From: Crocosphaera subtropica ATCC 51142
GTDB taxonomy: Bacteria > Cyanobacteriota > Cyanobacteriia > Cyanobacteriales > Microcystaceae
Length of the DNA: 32,000 bases
Assembly (NCBI RefSeq): GCF_000017845.1
Contig: NC_010546.1
Span: 810,001-842,000, forward strand
Direction: 5' to 3'
Of the stretch, positions 27,569 to 32,000 are shown in pieces. The translations under genes were made by a program, and so were the position numbers. The notes under the pieces were generated by a model. The model did not search any database. It was not told the origin of the DNA and saw nothing but the letters and a program-made list of their open reading frames with translations. The number at the start of each line of letters is the position of its first letter. Positions within the stretch are counted from its first letter, which is position 1.

Positions 27569-28221
27569 CCCTCTTTCATCACTCTGGGAGATGTATAATG
27601 AAGAAAAAAGCCTGAAAGTCAGACAGAGACTATGGTTAAGCCTCGCCCTCCTCAAATGACAGTAAAATGTGTTAATACTTACTGTATTGGGAAATTACTA
27701 GAGATAAAGAAAATATAACTCAAGAAGAAAGTTGGTTTGTAATGACAAGAATTCCTGAGATTAAATATAAAGAAGTTGGGGATATTTACGGAGTAAGAAC
27801 TTGGGTGGAATATGGATTTAAACAATCTAAAAGTGAACTAGGATGGGCAGATTTCCGAGTCACCCACTACGAGCAAATTCAGAAGTGGTGGGAATTAATT
27901 ATGTCAGCTTATTTGATGATTTGTCTCCTGAGTGAATCTTTTAATTCCACAGTGAATCCCATTTCAAAAACCTTTCAAAATCATGAGTTATGGGATAAAG
28001 GCAAGGGCTGGAAATCTCTCCTAAATAATGTGCAGTTAATCTTGCAACCTTATTTTTACTTTAATTTCATTTTAAAGTGGTTGAAAGTATTACCAATTCC
28101 TCAACTTTCATTGGGATTTCCAAGACTGATTGCTAAAATAAATGAGGTTGACTATCTACATTATTTAGTCTATCTTTGGGATGACTTTTGTTATTCTTCT
28201 GCCTAGAGTGATAAAAGAGGG
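27569..28221 (+). mobile_element. internally deleted IS element (IS4/IS701-like) with both terminal inverted repeats
   Basis: CCCTCTTTCATCACTCT (27569-27585) matches the reverse complement of AGAGTGATAAAAGAGGG (28205-28221) at 16 of 17 positions. These repeats bracket a 653-bp unit holding only transposase fragments. Confidence 0.7.
27676..28206 (+). pseudogene. DDE transposase, C-terminal fragment
   Basis: The open frame from 27676 reads YLLYWEIT...YGVRTWVEYGFKQSKSELGW, the region around the catalytic Glu in IS4/IS701-type transposases. A separate short N-terminal remnant (MVKPRPPQMT..., ATG at 27632) lies in another frame. The catalytic DD region is missing. Confidence 0.7.
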
Positions 28222-28468
28222 TTAGGACAGTCTAAATCATTGAAACCCCTCATAGAAAGATTTTGCCTTCTGCCTTCTGCCATAGTCAACAAAAGCCCAG
28301 AGAAACCGTTTTTTCCTCTGGCTATTTCTGTTAATTTTAGGGGTTTTAGCATTGGAATTGACAACCCTTTGAAGAAACTGAAATGGTAACATCAATCACG
28401 GAGATTTTTGTTATTTTCTCTAAGAATGGATAGAGTAAGCTTATTTTCTCCTCCAATCTTCCCAGAAT

Positions 28469-29959
28469 ATGAGTGAAATATTTACCAAAAAAGTTTGGTT
28501 TTCTAACGTCAAAAATGATTTGTTAGCAGGGACACTTGTTGCTTTAGCCCTAATTCCTGAAGCGATCTCTTTCTCCATTATTGCTGGAGTTGACCCCAAA
28601 GTGGGCTTATATGCCTCCTTTTCTGTGGCAGTCATCACCGCCTTTATGGGGGGTCGTCCGGGGATGATTTCAGCAGCGACAGGAGGGATGGCCTTATTGA
28701 TGACCACTTTAGTCAAAGGTCATCCTGAAAATGGTTTGCAATACCTCTTGGCTGCCACCATTCTTGCAGGCATTCTACAACTTCTCTGGAGTTGGATCAA
28801 ACTCCCAAACCAGATGCGGTTTGTGCCTCGTTCGGTAATGATCGGATTTGTCAATGCTTTGGCTATCCTGATTTTCCAGGCACAACTCCCCCAGTTTGAA
28901 GGGGCTTCTTTCCTAGTTTATGCCTTAGTTGCTTTGGGCTTAGGTATTATTTATGGTCTACCACGCCTAACGACTATTGTTCCCTCTCCTTTAGTGGCGA
29001 TTGTCATTATTACGGCCGCCTCTTGGATAGGAAAATGGGATATCCGTACTGTGGGAGATCAAGGGGCGTTACCCAGCAGTTTACCGATTTTTGCCATTCC
29101 CCAAGTTCCTTTTAATTTTGAAACCTTACAAATCATCCTCCCTTATGCTTTAGCCCTCTCTTTGGTTGGGATACTTCAATCCTGTTTAACAGCTAATGTG
29201 ATTGATGATTTAACCGATACCTCCAGTAATAAAAACCAAGAAGCCTTCGCCCACGGAACGGCCAATATTATCACTGGATTTTTGGGAGGTATGGCTGGAT
29301 CTGCCATGATTGGTCAATCCGTGATTAATATTCGTTCTGGGGGACGGGCCCGCCTGTCTAGCCTCAGTGCCGGTGTTTTTCTATTTATTTTTATTATTGT
29401 CTTTGGAGAATGGGTCGCACAAATTCCCATGGCGGCTTTAGTGGCAGTTATGATTATGGTTTCTATTAGTACCTTTAACTGGGCTTCTATTATACATATT
29501 CGCAAAGTTCCTAAGAATGAAACAGCCGTGATGATCACCACTGTATTCATTACAGTGTTAACCCGTAATTTAGCCGTTGGTGTCTTAATTGGGGTAGCCA
29601 TGAGTGCCATTTTCTTTAGTCGCAAAATTGCTAATCTAATTTATGTGGATTCTTATTTGAAAGAAGAGGGCAAAGAAAGGATTTATGGGGTCAATGGCCA
29701 GGTGTTTTTTGTTTCTGTCGATAGCTTTTTAAGTGCTTTTGATTTTCGGGAAAAATTAGAAAAAGTGGTTGTGGATTTAAGCCATGCTCATTTATGGGAT
29801 CATTCTGCTATTGATGCTGTGGATAAAGTGGTATTACGTTATCGTAAACGAGGGGTTGAAGTAGAATTAATTGGCTTAAATGAAGCCAGCACAACCCTTT
29901 TAGAACGGTTGACAATCCATCATAATCCCGATGCTTTGGATAAAATGGGCAGCCATTAG
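28469..29959 (+). CDS. SulP-family anion transporter with a C-terminal STAS domain
   Basis: N-terminal sulfate-transporter motifs ([25 protein letters not shown]) and multiple TM helices. The STAS-like C-terminus spans [15 protein letters not shown]...VELIGLNE. Confidence 0.92.
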   Translation: MSEIFTKKVWFSNVKNDLLAGTLVALALIPEAISFSIIAGVDPKVGLYASFSVAVITAFMGGRPGMISAATGGMALLMTTLVKGHPENGLQYLLAATILAGILQLLWSWIKLPNQMRFVPRSVMIGFVNALAILIFQAQLPQFEGASFLVYALVALGLGIIYGLPRLTTIVPSPLVAIVIITAASWIGKWDIRTVGDQGALPSSLPIFAIPQVPFNFETLQIILPYALALSLVGILQSCLTANVIDDLTDTSSNKNQEAFAHGTANIITGFLGGMAGSAMIGQSVINIRSGGRARLSSLSAGVFLFIFIIVFGEWVAQIPMAALVAVMIMVSISTFNWASIIHIRKVPKNETAVMITTVFITVLTRNLAVGVLIGVAMSAIFFSRKIANLIYVDSYLKEEGKERIYGVNGQVFFVSVDSFLSAFDFREKLEKVVVDLSHAHLWDHSAIDAVDKVVLRYRKRGVEVELIGLNEASTTLLERLTIHHNPDALDKMGSH

Positions 29960-29968
29960 AATTTTTCT

Positions 29969-29988
29969 GTAGAGGCATTTGCCTCTAC
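29969..29988. terminator. stem-loop between two convergent genes
   Basis: GTAGAGGCA (29969-29977) pairs with TGCCTCTAC (29980-29988), a 9-bp stem with a 2-nt loop. TTTTT precedes it and TATT follows. Confidence 0.4.
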
Positions 29989-29996
29989 TATTGAAC

Positions 29997-30344
29997 TTAA
30001 GCACTATACTGCCACTTTTCAGTTTTTTGCTTAATTTTTTCTAATTGATAAGCTAATAATTCTCGGATTTCGCCATAGTTTTCTAGCTCAGTGAGATGGG
30101 ATTGATTTTGTAATAATTGACTATGTTCTTCTAGTTTTTCGAGTCTTTCAGTGGTTTGGGTAATCATACGATTAGCTAAAGCCAGTTTTTCTGATAATTG
30201 TTGTTGATTACCAGAAATCATTATTGGTGCATCTAATAGGTTAATCACCTTTTTGATTTCTGTTAGACATAGGGAAATTTGTTCTTGATAATCGTTTAAA
30301 ATGGCTTGTACGGTTTTATTATGGTCAGATGATAAATGATTCAT
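29997..30344 (-). CDS. hypothetical coiled-coil protein (115 aa)
   Basis: ATG-initiated ORF, Q/E/L/K-rich with heptad character. No family recognised. Confidence 0.5.
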   Translation of the reverse strand: MNHLSSDHNKTVQAILNDYQEQISLCLTEIKKVINLLDAPIMISGNQQQLSEKLALANRMITQTTERLEKLEEHSQLLQNQSHLTELENYGEIRELLAYQLEKIKQKTEKWQYSA

Positions 30345-30606
30345 GAAATCTAATCCTAACTATACAACTTCTACAAAATAATTGGATATGATATTAACAC
30401 CACTTTTTTGAAAGGTTGGTTATTTTTAGATAGTTTTAACGATTTCTGCTTAAGTTATGACCGCAAAAACCTAAAATTTATTGTTTATTTTATTAATTCT
30501 AATACGTCAAGAGATTGACACAAAAGTTTATGAAATAAAACAATATCTGGCTCATTTACGCTGACTAAGTTTGATCACAAAAATAAGACTAAATCCGAGT
30601 CCAAGA

Positions 30607-30633
30607 AAGCGATCCCTCCAAGGAGGATCGCTT
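30607..30633 (-). terminator. stem-loop downstream of the repeat-protein gene
   Basis: AAGCGATCCCTCC (30607-30619) pairs with GGAGGATCGCTT (30622-30633), 12 bp with one bulge. The U-tail is weak. Confidence 0.3.
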
Positions 30634-30665
30634 GAATCTAAGAGACGCTATATATTAATTGCTAT

Positions 30666-31556
30666 TCACTGAATAGTCGCATTACTAACAGTCCCTCGTT
30701 CCACATTAACAGTACATTCGTAGTCAACTTGACGTTGTTGAAACCCTTGAGTTACAACTCCTGAACCTTCAACCCTTTGTTGATCGTTAGCAATATTAAA
30801 AATTTGGGGTTCTCCTTGAAAATCAATGGTACTACCAGTGCCTAAATTAATGCCAATAATGCCACCAATATCAATTTGATTAGTAGATATCTCTTCACGA
30901 ATTCTGTTATGACAGAGATTAATCATGCGCTGATTACTAATAATTTGATTATCGGTTTCATCGGTGGGGGTGTAGCTAATCCTTGTCACATCCCCTCGTT
31001 GAATATTAACGGTACAATTAAAGCGATAATTTTGAGCCTCCTGTGGTGATTGAGTCACTAATGCGGTGCCTCGCACTCCTTCCTCTGTGTTAGAGATATA
31101 GTAAGTTTCTAAACGGTCATTAAAAGTTACTGAACCATTCAAATCTTCTTCAACAGCCTCCCGGAGTTCTTCTTGACACAGACGAGTGCTAGAGAGGGCT
31201 AGATTGTCCCTAAACGTATAATTGGAGCGACTCAGTAGACCCTCATTAACGTTCACGGTACAATCATAGGTTAAATATCGTTGATTATTACCCTCTCTTA
31301 CCCTTGCCTGTCCTCGTATAGAGGTTTGACCCCTAGATAATGGCGATCGCTCAACGGTTTCAAAAGTAATATTATTGCCGTTGTTCTGTGTCATTTCTCT
31401 ATTGACAGCTAATTTAACTTGAATAGAGGTTTGACATAAATCCGTCACTAAATTATCTAAGTTTTCTTGAGCGAAGACAGATAAGGGACTAATGGTGAAA
31501 GTTCCTAATAGGGAAGCAAGGAGACTAGCACCCATTATTTTAGTTGGTTTAAACAT
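30666..31556 (-). CDS. secreted protein with three tandem Cys-pair repeats (unknown family)
   Basis: Signal peptide (cleavage near VFA/QE). Cysteines at aa 41/99, 127/181 and 215/281. Each unit starts with LC and ends with C-T-V-N-[VI]-x-x-G. Confidence 0.7.
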   Translation of the reverse strand: MFKPTKIMGASLLASLLGTFTISPLSVFAQENLDNLVTDLCQTSIQVKLAVNREMTQNNGNNITFETVERSPLSRGQTSIRGQARVREGNNQRYLTYDCTVNVNEGLLSRSNYTFRDNLALSSTRLCQEELREAVEEDLNGSVTFNDRLETYYISNTEEGVRGTALVTQSPQEAQNYRFNCTVNIQRGDVTRISYTPTDETDNQIISNQRMINLCHNRIREEISTNQIDIGGIIGINLGTGSTIDFQGEPQIFNIANDQQRVEGSGVVTQGFQQRQVDYECTVNVERGTVSNATIQ

Positions 31557-31699
31557 TATTAATTCTTCATATTTTTCCTTGATTCACTCTCAGTATAAAA
31601 AATTTTATTATCAGATATCTATATATCAGAAAAATATAGGCTATAAGGAATAGTCCAAAAGAAATACTTAGCCGAATTTTGTTTATCTCAAACGTTTGT

Positions 31700-32000
31700 T
31701 CAAGAATTTATAAATTTAACTAAACTGGTTAACTTATCCCAAGCGTCACCACTTTTTAGGATATCTTTAGCGGTTTCAATAGCTTTTTGATGATCCTGCC
31801 AAGGAACAATATTTCCCACTTGCAATGCTAACGCAGCATTTAAGGCTACCGCATCCTGTTGAGCTTGGGTTCCTTTTCCCTGTAAAACATTGGTCAAAAT
31901 AGTTGCATTTTCTTCGACATTTCCCCCTTTTAAAGCAGTTAAATCGGCAGCAGTTAACCCCAATGCTTTCGGGTTGATTTCTTCTAAACTGACCTCACCC
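31700..32000 (-). CDS. trpD: anthranilate phosphoribosyltransferase, C-terminal part (5' end beyond the window)
   Basis: The frame stays open to the window edge ([32 protein letters not shown]...[10 protein letters not shown]), matching the TrpD C-terminus. The 'M' in the track is an internal TTG. Confidence 0.88.
   Translation of the reverse strand, partial: GEVSLEEINPKALGLTAADLTALKGGNVEENATILTNVLQGKGTQAQQDAVALNAALALQVGNIVPWQDHQKAIETAKDILKSGDAWDKLTSLVKFINS

Overview
This is an AT-rich sequence with many HIP1 octamers (GCGATCGC), which points to a unicellular cyanobacterial chromosome of the Cyanothece/Crocosphaera type; I cannot name the species. The left edge carries a CRISPR array of nine identical 36-nt repeats that runs off the window. 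No cas gene is visible in the remaining 31 kb. The rest is mostly housekeeping: pdxH, rpe, ackA, tRNA-Trp, rplS, cobO, maf, a psbP-like gene, nadK, a Rieske protein, a GH13 glucanase, an LpxB-related protein, folD, a NUDIX hydrolase, a Coq4-like protein, an OmpR-type response regulator, murE, a DRTGG/Pta-N-domain protein, a SulP transporter and a partial trpD. Accessory or unusual content includes: a copper module (DUF411 protein plus a Tat-exported multicopper oxidase with a Met/Gly-rich insert); a protein made of two recently duplicated 101-aa units; a 100-bp nested-palindrome element flanked by 21-bp direct repeats that supplies the stop codon of the LpxB-related gene; an internally deleted IS with intact 17-bp inverted repeats; a secreted protein with three Cys-pair repeats; and a 54-codon GTG-start ORF absent from the ORF track. 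I do not see a complete, convincing new multi-gene system. The best leads are the CRISPR array with its motif-rich flank and the repeat-structured unknown proteins and elements listed under findings. All family calls come from motif recognition by eye; no database search was possible.
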